Made by a program: the position numbers and the translations under genes
Notes under the pieces: generated by a model
What the model was told of the DNA's origin: nothing
The model's database searches: none
The model's input: only the letters and a program-made list of their open reading frames with translations
In this document: piece by piece, positions 19,170 to 31,900 of the stretch
Position numbering within the stretch: position 1 is the first letter of the stretch
Layout: each line of letters starts with the position of its first letter
Origin: Candidatus Latescibacterota bacterium
GTDB taxonomy: Bacteria > Latescibacterota > UBA2968 > UBA8231
DNA length: 64,000 nucleotides
Assembly: GCA_965223905.1 (NCBI GenBank)
Contig: CBDCXV010000002.1
Location: 160,001-224,000, forward strand
Direction of reading: 5' to 3'

Positions 19170-19470
19170 CCGGACAGCAGGCGCTGAAGCAGCGCCCAGG
19201 AGGCCAAGCCCTCGGCCGCCGTGCTCCAGGCCCTCGACACCGGTCAGCGCGAACATCTCCTTGAGCAGAAGAACGTCCCCAGACCGGTTGCACCGGCCGG
19301 TTGGGACGTCCGTTGTCCTCGCAATACAAAGGCGCGAACTGTTCTTCGTCGATCAACGGCAAGGCGCGCCTGCGAAAGGTCTCGGCCCAGCTCGCCAGCA
19401 GGCGCCGCCGCTTGGCCGGGGCCCCCAGGGTGCGCGTTTCCAACAGGTTCCGTTGCGATTCCTTAACATA
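19170..19470 (-). mobile_element. Transposase N-terminal remnant (IS5/IS1182-like, DUF772-type)
   Basis: 'SWAETFRRRALPLIDEEQFAPLYCEDNGRPNRPV' then, frameshifted, 'LLLKEMFALT..E'. Confidence 0.65.
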
Positions 19471-19684
19471 AATTTAATTTGTCAATTCCAAGGCTCCGAC
19501 AGTCCGCTTTTGGACCCTTTGCAGCACCTGCCGGCAGGGAAATCCGCGGCCCGTCCAACTCCCCGGCAGCGGGTCCTCTAGTAGCGATTAATTTTGCTTT
19601 AGGCATAAAATAATTTCCCTTTCTTTTTTTAAAAAATCAGGGCGACGCATGAACTTCAGACACTTAACTTTATTTGCAGTGAAA

Positions 19685-19960
19685 CAAGCAGTGTCCCGGT
19701 CCATGATATGGAAGGCGTCCGGTTCCGACACCAAATGGTCGAGGAGAATGACATCGTGCGGTTTTCCCCCTGTGATGCGGATACAGCGGGGAATCGCGGT
19801 TTTGCGCTGACGAAAGCGGGCGAATGCCGACACGGTACAGTTTGGGGTGTAGCGCTCGCAGGCCGGTTTCGATGTCTCGCAGGCTCTCGCGGCCGGTCAG
19901 TTGAGAAAAGACCATGCAAAGAAACTGATCCGGACAGAAACCCAGCGGAAAACGGAACCT
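19685..19960 (-). mobile_element. IS4-family (DUF4372-type) transposase remnant, internally deleted
   Basis: 'DQFLCMVFSQLTGRESLRDIETGLRA..KLYRVGIR' followed by 'IP...ITGGK.HDV..LD......FHIMDR'; ends in an IR-like accgggacactgct. Confidence 0.75.
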
Positions 19961-19965
19961 GCCGC

Positions 19966-22900
19966 ATGCGGTGGGTGATCGGCTGTCTCCTGGCCCTGGC
20001 CCCGGCCGCCGGGGCCGAGCCGCTGCTGGAGGGTCGGGTGCTTCTGTCTTCGGGCGCTCCGGCGGCCGGGGCCCGGGTGCGGCTGTTCGCCGACCTGGAG
20101 CGCTCGCTGCGGGCCACCGCCGATGAGAGCGGCTATTTTGCCTTTCCCCTGAACGCCCTGCGCAAGGCCGCCCCTCTGCCGGCGCGCCTGCACCTGGGCC
20201 AGAACTACCCCAACCCGTTCAATCCCTCGACCATCATCCCGTATCAGCTGCCGGCGGCAACGCGGGTGCGGCTGGAGGTGTTCAACATCCTGGGTCAGCG
20301 GGTGGCGACCCTGGTGGACGGAGAGCGGCCGGCCGGTTTTCACACGGCGGCCTGGAATGCGACCGACGCCTCGGGCCGGGGGGTGGGCTCGGGGGTGTAC
20401 CTGTATCGGCTGCTGGGGGGCGGGGAGCGCCTGACGCGGTCGATGGTGCTGCTGGACGGGGCGGTGGGCTTGGGGGGTGGAGGGGGTTCCGCCAGGGCGG
20501 CAGCCCCGCCTCGCGGTAAGGGACCGGTCTACGGGCTGACAGTCTCGGGTCCGGGGCTGGTCCCTTACGTCGACCCGGCCTTCCGAATGGGAGGCGGGCC
20601 TGTCGAGATCCAGGTTCAGCCGCTGTCATCCCTTCCTCGCGGCAAGGTGGCCGCAGGCGGCCTGCTGGGGGACGTCAACCGGGACGGCCGGGTCGACCTC
20701 GCCGACGCCCTGCTGGTCGCCTCCTACAGCGAGGATCCGACCCTGTCCCTTGCCAACGGCGACCTCACCCTGGGGGACGTCAACCGGGACGGGCAGGTCG
20801 ATCTGGCCGACGCCCGGCTCATCGAGGCCTACCACGCCGACCCGTCCGACGCGTCGCTGCCGGAAGGGATCGGCGCCCCGGTAGGGGCCGAGGCGCGGCT
20901 CTACTGGACGGACGCGGACGGCGACCGCATTCAGCGGTCCTTCCTCGACGGCTCCGGAGTGGAGGATGTGGTCGACAGCGGCCTGGTCAACCCGCGCGGC
21001 CTGGCCGTGGATCAGGCGGCCGGCAAGCTCTACTGGACCGACTACGGCAGCGACCGCATCCAGCGGTCCAACCTCGACGGCTCCGAAGTGGAGGACCTGG
21101 TGACCACCGGTCTGCGCATCCCCTTGGGGCTGGCCCTGGACACGGTCGCGGGCAAGCTCTACTGGACGGACAACGGCAGCGACAAGATTCAGCGGTCCAA
21201 CCTCGACGGCTCCGAGGTCGAGGACCTGGTCACCGGCCTGCAGACGCCGTTGAGCCTGGCCCTGGACGCAGCCGCGGGCAAGCTCTACTGGACCGACAGC
21301 GGCACGGACAAGATTCAGCGGGCCAACCTGGACGGCAGCGAGATCGAAGACCTGGTCGCCACCGGCCTGGAGCTTCCCCGGGGCCTGGCCGTGGACGCGG
21401 CCGGCGGCAAGCTCTACTGGACGGACAACGGCAGCGACCAGATCCAACGGGCCAATCTCGACGGGTCACAGGTGGAAGAGCTGGTGAGGGAGGGACTGCA
21501 CACGCCCCGGGGCCTGGCCCTCGATCCGGAGGCGGGCAAGCTCTACTGGACGGACAGCGGCACGGGGAAGATTCAGCGGGCCAACCTCGACGGAACGGAA
21601 ATCGAAGACCTGGTGACCGAAGGCCTGCTGAGTCCGCGGGGCCTGGTCCTGGTCCGGACCGTTGCCCCCGGCAACCAGGCCCCGGTCCTGGCGCCTATAG
21701 CGGACCGGACCGCGGCGGCTGGCGATACCCTGACCCTGGTGGCAGCCGGCAGCGACCCGGACGGCGACACTCTGACCTACACGGCTTCATCAGGCAACGA
21801 GGCGGTCGTCTCTGTGGAGATAGCCGATTCCCTGGTGACGGTCTACGCGCTGTCCGCGGGCGGGGCCACGATCACCGCGACCGTCCGCGACCCGGAGGGC
21901 CTGGAAGCCGTGCAGACCTTCTCAGTGCTCGTCGGAGCCGGAGGTCTCGGGGCCGTCAACCGGCTCTACTGGACCGACGCGGAGGCGGACCGGATCCAGC
22001 GCGCAAACCTCGACGGCTCCGCTGTCGAGGACGTGATCGACAGCGGCCTGGTCAATCCGCGCGGCCTGGCCGTGGACGAGGCCGCCGGCAAGCTCTACTG
22101 GACCGACTACGGCAGCGACCGCATCCAGCGGTCCAACCTCGACGGCACCGAGGTGGAGGACCTGGTCACCGCCGGCCTGCAGATCCCGTTGGCCCTGGCC
22201 CTGGACGCGGCGGCCGGCAAGCTCTACTGGACCGACAACGGCACCAACCGCATTCAGCGATCCAACCTCGACGGTTCCGAAGTAGAGGACTTGGTCACCG
22301 GCCTGCAGACGCCGTTGGGCCTGGCCCTCGATCAGGCCGGAGGCAAGCTCTACTGGACGGACAGCGGCGCCGACAAGATCCAGCGCGCGAATCTCGACGG
22401 CACGGAAATCGAGGACCTGGTCACTGCCGGCCTGCAGATCCCCCGGGGGCTGGCCCTGGATACGGCCGGCGGCAAGCTCTACTGGGCCGACAGCGGCACC
22501 GACCGCATTCAACGGGCCAACCTCGACGGCACGGAAATCGAGGATCTCGTCACCACCGGCCTGGGCACGCCCCGGGGCCTGGCCCTCGACGTTTCTGCGG
22601 GCAAGCTCTACTGGGCCGACAGCAGCACCGACCGCATCCAGCGGTCCAACCTGGACGGCTCGGAAATCGAAGACCTGGTGACCGAGGGCCTGCTGAGCCC
22701 TCGGGGCCTGGCCCTGGCCCGGATTCCGTCCGCCGACAACCAGGCCCCCACCCTGGAGCCGCTGGCGGACCGGATGGCCGCGACCGGGGACTCGCTGACC
22801 CTCGAGCTGGCCGGCAGCGACCCGGACGGAGACGCCCTGACCTACACGGCCTCGTCCAGCCAGGAGGAAATTGCCACGGCGGAGGCGGCCGATTCCCTGG

Positions 22901-25900
22901 TCACCCTGCGTCTGCTGTCCGTAGGCCAGACCGCCATAACCGTGACCGCCGGCGACCCGGGCGGCCTGCAGGCATCCCGGACCTTCACCGTCACCGTGCA
23001 GGCCTCCAACGAGCCCCCGCTCGCCATCCCCTGGCTCTACTGGACCGACGCCCGCACCGACCGCATCCAGCGCGCCGAGCTCGACGGCAGCGGCATCCGC
23101 ACCCTGGTAAGCGGCCTCGGGCAGCCCCGCGACATCGCCCTGGACCGGGACGGCGGCCGCATGTACTGGACCGACAGCGGCAGCGACAAGATCCAGCGCG
23201 CCCACCTCGACGGCTCAAAGGTCGAAGACCTGGTGACCGAAGGGTTGAAGGAGCCGTTCGGCATCGCCCTCGATAAGGCCGGAGGCAAGATCTACTGGAG
23301 CGACTGGGGCACCGACAAGATCCAGCGGTCCAACCTCGACGGCTCCGAAATCGAAGACCTCGTCGCCACCGGTCTGAACGAGCCCTACGGCCTCGCCCTC
23401 GACCTGGGGGAAGGCAAGATCTACTGGACCGACTGGGGCAGCGACCGGATTCAGCGTGCCAATCTCGACGGCTCCCAAATCGAGGACCTGGTCATCGGCC
23501 TCAACCAGCCCCGGGGCCTCGCCCTCGACCTGGAAGGCGGCCGCATGTACTGGCCCGACTGGGGCACGGACAAGATCCAGCGCGCGAATCTCGACGGCTC
23601 CGAGGTGGAAGACTTGGTTACCGAGGGCCTGCGGACCTCCCAGGCGATCGCCCTCGATCTGGACGAGGGCAGGATGTACTGGACCGACTACGGCACCGAC
23701 AAGATCCAGCGCGCCAACCTCGATGGGAGCCAGGTCGAGGACCTGGTCACCTCCGGCCTGAAGGAGCCCTACGGCCTGGCCCTGGGGGCCGGGCTGCCGG
23801 CGCAGGTCTTCAAGGTGGAGGGGGACTCGGCGACTTTGAACCTGGCCGGCCGCTTCCGCGACCCGGAGGGGGGCGTCCTGACCCTGACCGTGTCTTCCAG
23901 CGACGAGGGGGTCGCCGCGGCGACCCTGGCCGACTCGGTGGTCACCATCGCCCCGGTGACCCCCGGCCGGGTGACGGTCTCGGTGACGGCCCGGGACGAG
24001 GGAGGCCGGGCTGCCACCCTGCCGGTGCCGGTGACCGTGTACCCAGCCAACCGCCCCCCCGTGGCCCAGACCCTGGGCGACCGCAAGATCCGCATCGACC
24101 GGCCTGCCCGGGTCGACCTGTCGACCGCCTTCACCGACCCGGACGAAGGAGACGTGCTGACCTACACCGCCATGTCGAGCAACGAGGCGGTGGCCACCGC
24201 GGCCGTCGAGGGGTCCGGGGTGAACATCGCCCCCAAGAGCCTCGGGCAGACGACCATTGCGGTGACCGCCCGCGACCCCGAAGGCCTGGAGGCGAGCCTG
24301 AGCTTCGGCGTAACCGTCGAGCCCAAACCGCCCCCCCGGCCGCCCCGGCCCCCGTCCGGCTCGGGCAGTGATGATAATGGAAATGGAAATAGTAATGACG
24401 GTGGTGGTCCGGCCCCCCCGCCCCAGCCGCCGCCGCCGCCGCCGGGTCAGAACAACGCCCCCACCTTCGACGAGGCCCCGGCGCCAACCCGCACCGTGGC
24501 CGAGAACACCCCGGCGAACCGGAACATTCAGCACCCGGTGCGCGCCACCGACCCGGACGGACACCGCCTCACCTACCGGCTCGCAGGCCCCGACGAGACC
24601 CGCTTCACCGTCGTCTCCAGCAGCGGCCAGCTGCGCACCCGGTCCGGTGTCGCCTACGATTTCGAGGTCAAGGACCGCTACGAGGTGAGGCTGGAATCCG
24701 ACGATACCTACGGCGGCACCGACGCCATCGACGTGACCGTGCACGTGGCCGACGTCGACGAACCCCCGCAGACCCCGGCCCGGCCCCGGGTCGAGCCGGG
24801 CGACTCGAAGAGCCTGACCGTGACCTGGACCGAGCCGGCCAACACCGGGCCCGAGGTCGACGGCTACGACGTCCAATATCGGACGGGCAGCGGCAGCTTC
24901 CTCCCCTGGACGCACGACGGCGACGGCACCACCGCCACGATCACGGGCCTCGACGTCAACACCCGCTACGAGGTGCAGGTGCGGGCCACCAACGACGAAG
25001 GCACGGGTGCCTGGTCGTCCTCGGGTCGCGGCGCCACCAGCACCAACCAGCGGCCGATTTTCGACGAGGGGGGCAGCGCCACGCGCAGCCTGGCCGAGAA
25101 CACGCCCGGCGGACAGGACGTCGGCAACCCCATAAGAGCGGCCGATCCCGAGGGCGGCGCGCTGACCTACCGTCTTACAGGTGGTGACACGGATCAATTC
25201 ACCATCGACTCAAGCAACGGCCAGCTGCGCACACGGACCGGCGTCGATTACGACTACGAGGCGCAGAATCGCTATTCGGTGACGGTCGAGGCACAGGACG
25301 AGCAGGGGGGCCGTGCCACCATCGCGGTGACGATTGACATAAACGACGACGACAACGAACGGCCGGAAAGACCCGACCGGCCCTCGGTGACGGCCTCGAC
25401 GCTGACGAGTCTGACCCTGCGGTGGACAGAGCCAGCCAACCCTGGGCCGCCCATCACCGATTACAACGTGCAATACCGTGAGGGCAGCAGCGGGGCCTTC
25501 ACTGCGGCGGCACACGATGGCACGGGCACGACGACGACGATTGCGAACCTGGAGTCGGACACCTCGTATGAGATTCAGGTGCAGGCCACCAGTGACGAGG
25601 GCACGAGCCAGTGGTCGCCATCGGGTAACGGGCGGACCGTCGCCAACCAGGCGCCGACGTTCAACGAAGGATCGCGCACTACGCGTCGTTTGGCCGAGAA
25701 CACGACGGGCACCCAGGACATCGGCAACCCGGTAACCGCCACCGACGGCGACGGTGGGACACTGCTCTACCACCTCGAAGGCACGGACCGGGCCTCCTTC
25801 ACTCTCGATGTCAACCAGCTTCAGACGATAGCGGGCGTCACCTACGACTACGAAGAGAAGAGCAGCTACGAGGTAACCGTACGCGTAGAAGACGGTCAGG

Positions 25901-28900
25901 GCGGCAGCAACACCATCGAGGTGACCATCAATCTGATAGACCAACAGGAACCGCCGGAGACCCCGTCAGCACCCGGCGTCTCAGCCGCCTCATCGACGAG
26001 CCTGACCGTAACCTGGATCGAGCCGACCAACACCGGTCCCGACGTCGACGACTACGACCTGCAGTACCGCGAAGGAGACAGCGGCGGCTTTACCTCCTGG
26101 ACGCACAACGGCGCGGACCTGACCGCGACCATCACGGGGCTGACCCCGGGCGCGAACTATGAGGCGCAGGTGCGAGCGAGCAACGACGAAGGCACGAGCG
26201 ACTGGTCGCCGTCGGGCACGGGAAACACCAGCGCCAATGAGCCCCCGGTCTTCACCGACGGGTCGAGCGCCACCCGCGCCCTCGACGAGAACACCACCGG
26301 CGTCGTCGACGTCGGCGATCCGGTCGGTGCCACCGACCCGGAGAACACGACCCTGGCCTACAGCCTCCAGGGCGCGGATGCCGACTCCTTCACCGTCCAC
26401 TCGAGCAGCGGTCAGCTGCGCACCCGTTCGGGGAAAACCTGGGACTACGAGACGACGTCCAACTATTCGGTGTCGGTGAAAGCCACCGACGGCCACGGCG
26501 GCGAGCGCACCATCCCGGTGTTCGTCGAGCTGAACGACCTCAACGAGCCCCCTTCGTTCACCAGCGACGCGGCTTTCCAAGCCGCCGAGAACCAGACCTT
26601 TGCCGGTCGGGTGACCGCTCAGGACCTCGACAGCGGAGACAACATCGCGACCTACACCGTCACCGGCGGCGCCGACCAGAACCTGTTCGAGGTCAACAGC
26701 GCAGGCACGCTGACCTTCAAGGACGCTCCCGACTTCGAGAACCCCTCGGACGCGGGAAGGAACAACCAGTACAACGTGGCCGTCACCGCCACCGGCGGCA
26801 CCGGAGGGCGCGCCCTGACATCGGAGCAGGCCATCACCGTCACCGTCACCGACGAGAACGAACCGCCCGTTTTCACCAGCGACGATGCCTTCAAGGTCGA
26901 TGAAAACGAGCAGATCGTCGGCCGCGTGATCGCCACCGACGTCGACAGGGACGACGGCATCACCGGCTACGAGATCACCGGCGGGGCCGACGAGGACGAG
27001 TTCGAGATCGCCGGCACCAACCAGTTGCGCTTCAAGGACGACCCCGACTTCGAGCGGCCGGCGGACTCTGGAGGCGACAACGAATACCTCGTGGAGGTCA
27101 CGGCCACCGGCGGCACGGACACCCGGGTGATGACGGGAACGCAGACTATCACCGTCGCCATCGAAGACGAGGTCGAGCCGCCCGGCAAGCCCGACCCGCC
27201 TGCGGTCAGCGACGAGACCGAGAGCAGCCTGACCGTGACCTGGACCGAGCCGGCCAACACCGGTCCCGTCATCACCAACTACCACGTGCAGTACCGCGAA
27301 GGCACAAGCGGCCCATTCACCGATTGGCCGGACACCGGTCCGACCCTGACCCGCACGATCACCGGCCTGCGCTCGGGTCAGACCTACCAAGTCCAGGTGC
27401 AGGCCAAAAACGACGAGGGGGAAGGAGCCTGGTCCAACGCGGGCAGCGGCAGGACCCTCACCGCGCCGACTGTTTCCAGCGTCGCCTTCACCTCGACACC
27501 ACCTTCGGGGCAGAACAACACCTACAAGAAGGACGACGTCATCGGCGTGACCGTGACCTTCAGCGAGGCGGTGACCGTCACCGGCACCCCCCAGGTCGAC
27601 CTGACCCTCGGCTCCACCGTGCGCCAGGCCGGCTACGAGAGCGGCTCGACCACGACGCAGCTGCTGTTCCAGTACGAGGTGCAGGCCGACGACGAGGACG
27701 ACAACGGCGCGGCCATCAACGAAAACGGGCTCAAGCTCAACAGCGGCCGCATCTTCCTGCTCAAGAACAGCGTCACCGTCAACGCCGACCTGGCCCACTC
27801 GGCCGTCGCCAACCAGTCCCGCCACAAGGTCGACGGCGTCGCCCCAACCCCCACCAAAGCGGAAGTGGATGGAACCAAGCTGACCCTGACGTACGGCGAA
27901 ACGCTCGTCAGCAATCCAAAGCCGGCCAACAGCGATTTCGAAGTGACCGTGGACAGCGAGACGCGAAGCGTTACCGCGGTGGCCGTCAGCAACACCAAGG
28001 TGACGCTCACCCTGGCCTCGGCCGTAAACACGGGGGAGACGGTGGCGCTTGCCTACACGCCGGGGACCAACCCGATCCGCGACCGGGCCCGGAACCCCGC
28101 CGGCGCCCTCAGCAACCTGGCGGTGGACAACCTCAGAAACGTCTGCAACCGCACCGCGCAGGTGCGCGACGAGATCATGGATGAAGCAGGGGTCAGCGCC
28201 TGCGGCGACGTAACCGCGGACCATCTTGCCGCGATCACCCGCCTCTCCCTGATTGACGAAAGCATCTCCACGCTGAAAGCCGGCGACTTCGCCGGGCTGA
28301 CGTCCCTGGAAGAACTCTACCTGTCAGACAACAGTATCAGCAGCCTGCCGGCGGGTATCTTCTCCGGCCTGTCGGCGCTGGAAGACCTCAGCCTCAGGCA
28401 GAACAACCTCTCCAACCTCGGAGCGAACACGTTCTCCGGACTGACCGCGCTGGTATCTCTCGATCTCTCCTTCAGCCATCTTGGCGACTTCGACCCCGGC
28501 CTGTTCTCCGGGCTGGCGTCCCTGACCCATCTCAATCTGCTGAGTGCCCGCATCAACAACCTGCCGGCGAACGGCTTCTCCGCGCTGACGGCGCTGGACA
28601 CCCTCATCCTTCAATACAACCTCCTGGGCGACCTCGACGCCAACGAGTTCTCCGGGCTGTCGACGCTCGAATACCTCGACCTGAGCAACACCCGAATCAC
28701 CAGCCTGCCGGCGGACGTCTTCTCGGGCCTGTCGTCGCTCAAACACCTCGACATGGAGTATGCCCGACTCTCCAGCCTTCCGGCGACCGTATTCTCCGGG
28801 TTGTCGTCACTCGAACACCTCAACGTGAAACGCAACGATCTCCCCAGTCTCGACCCCGGCCAGTTCTCCGGGCTGACGGCGCTGATCCATCTCGACATTT

Positions 28901-31900
28901 CCAGCATCGATCTCACCTCCGTGCACGCCGACCTCTTCTCAGGGCTGACTGAGCTCGAGTTCCTCGACCTGAGCTACAACAACAACCACCTCACCACACT
29001 GTCGGCAACCGTCTTTTCCGAACAGACGAAACTCAGAACGCTGAGCCTGAGAACCAACGACATATCGACATTGGACAGCCTTTTTGTCGGACTGACGGAG
29101 CTGAGATCGCTGGACCTGCGTCAAATGGACCTATCGACACTGGGAGACAGCGTTTTTTCCGGCCTGACCGAGCTGACCAGGCTCCAGCTTCAGTGGAACC
29201 CGGTCGACCCGCTGCCGATTACGGTTTCACTGGAATCGGCAGAGACGGACCAGTTCCGGGCCAAAGCGCACACCGGCGCGCCATTTGACGTGGTCCTGCC
29301 GTTGCGGCTCTCCAACGGCGAGATCGACGGCGGCGAATCGAGCATCACCATCCCCCAGGGCAGTGTCGAGAGCGAGCCTCTCTCGGTCTCCCGTACCGCC
29401 GGGACCAGGGCGGCGGTCACTGTCGATCTCGGGACGCTGCCGGCCCTCCCGTCGGGCGACAACGGCTACGAGTTGGTGAGGTCCGCCGACCTGCCGCTGG
29501 TAGTCATCGCCGCCGAGAAAGGCGTGGAGATCTACCCCACGGAACTGACCCTGCCGGAGGACGACAGCGACACCTACACGGTGGTGCTGACCATGGAGCC
29601 CACCGCTGACGTGACGGTGACCGTGACCGTGCCGTCGGGCGCCGATGTCACGGTGAACCCATCGCCGCTGACTTTCACGACCGACAACTGGGATACGCCG
29701 CAGACCGTGACGGTGAGTACCAGCGCCGACACCGACACCGATGACGACGAGGTCACCCTGACCCACACGGTGAGCGGCGGCGGCTACCAGGGAGTCACCG
29801 CCGATGACGTGGAGGTGACTGTCACGGAGACCGCGGTCAGCACCAACAGCCCGCCGTCCATCTTCCACAATTCCTGGACCGTGGATGAGAACTTCAGCGG
29901 GCACATTTCCATAGTGGGAACGGATCCGGATGACAGGGACTACATCACCGGGTACGAGATCACCGGGGGCCGCGACCGGGCCCTGTTCGAGATCGCCACC
30001 CGGGGCGGACGGGGCGAGCTGACCTTCGTGGATGTACCCGACTTCGAACGTCCGGCAGGCACCAGCAACCGGAATGAGATCGTCGTCACCGTCACCAGCG
30101 GCATGGGCGCCCGAAAGCGGACCGGGCAGCGGCAGATTGCCATCAACGTGAACGACGTGGACGAGCCGCCGGGCCGGCCGCCGGCGCCCGGATTGAGTCT
30201 CCCCGGCGGCTCTCCCACCATCGCGGTGAGCATGGGAGGCCGGATCCCGCCGGTGAATACCGGACCGGACATCAGTGGCTGGGGAATAGGATACCGCGAG
30301 AAGGACAGCGGCGACTTCATCACCTCCACGCACACCTCCTCAACCTTGGACGCGCGGATCGACAATCTGACCAAAGGCGTTACCTACGAGGTGCAGGTAC
30401 AGGCGAAGAACGACGAAGGGGACAGCGAGTGGTCACCCTCGGCGGAGAAAGAGCTCCCCAACAAGCCGCCGGTCGTCGTCGGCTCCTTCGACGATCTCAC
30501 GCTGGCGGTGGGAGGCGCCGTTGAGATCGTGTCCGCAGACGGGGTCTTCAGCAGCCAGGACGGCGACCTGCTGACGTATTCGGCGTCGTCCGGCAATACG
30601 GCTGCCGCTACCGTTCAGCTGATCGGTACCAAGGTCCTCGTGGATCCCGGGTCGGCCGGCAGTGCGACCATCACCGTGACCGCGAGCGATCCATACGGTG
30701 CGTCCGACTCGGAGACGTTCGACGTTACGGTGCAGACGCCGACCCTTTCGGCGCCCACACTGACCATCACCGGCAACCTCTTCACGCTGTCATTCACGGA
30801 TGACTTCGCGGCCGAGGAAACCCGGGCCTACCATGTACGCATCCGCCAGAAGACGAACCATGGACCCTGGGCGACAGGGTGCCATACCGAGACCAATGAC
30901 GAGGATTCCCAGCAGTCCATTTCGGTATCGCTGGAGGACGCGGTCTCCGATTTCTTCGAACCGGGCACCACGTATGAGGCGGACTACGGATACCTGGGGG
31001 CGGACTGCGACGGCAGCCTGACGGGTTCGCGGTCGGCGACCGGCGAGGTGACCACGTCCGGGACGGCATCCTTCGATATCGACCTTGTCTTCGTCGGCAG
31101 CATCTCGTCGACAAACCGGTCCCATATCGAAGACGCCGTCGAGCGCTGGGAGGAGATCATCACCGGTGATCTTCCCAACCATCAGTTAACCAGCAGGAAT
31201 CGCGAGTACCTGAACCGGCGTTATCCAGGTACTACCGCCCCCGAGGTCGTGGACGATATCGTGATCTACGTGAGAACCGGTTACGTGTTGGGGCTCGCAG
31301 CGGCTACGTCCTTGTCGCACCGGACTCCCTCCTCCCTGCCGTTCGCATCCGAAATAGTACTCGGCACCAGCAACGTGATCAATTACCTCGTCGCTCTGCA
31401 CGAGATAGGCCACGCGCTGGGATTCGGAACCTATCCGTGGACAGCTCACAACCTGTTGAAGGACCCCTCCCGAGGACCATTCTCAACCATCATCACTCCC
31501 TCTCCCGACACCTACTTCTCGGGCGCGAAGGCGGTTGCCGCCTTCGACGCGGCGGGCGGGACGAGCTACACCGGCACCAAGGTGCCTGTGGAGAACGGCT
31601 CCAGCACGCGGTACCGACCCAGCCTGGACAGCCACTGGCGGCAATCCGTCATACAAAGCGAACTGATGACGCCAGGGTTTTCCGATCCCGGTCCGCTGAG
31701 CGCGATCACCATCCAGTCGATGGCCGACCTGGGCTACACCGTCGACGTCACCCAGGCCGACGCCTACACCCTGCCGTCTTCCATTACCGCGAAACGGGTG
31801 GCCTGGGCGGGCGGGGACGACAAGGAGGAGGCGGTCCTGCTCAACTGCGTCCTCGATCACCACGAGACCGGGCCCGAGGAGCCCGAGCCGATCACCCTGA

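Noticed and set aside
19708-19965. 86-aa N-terminal extension of the 4073-aa ORF
   Set aside because: It is antisense to the IS4 remnant; the signal peptide and homology with gene A begin at 19966.
14160-23790. Regular ~130-bp repeats that might suggest a CRISPR array or DGR repeats
   Set aside because: They are in-frame YWTD coding repeats with synonymous variation; there are no unique spacers, cas genes or reverse transcriptase.
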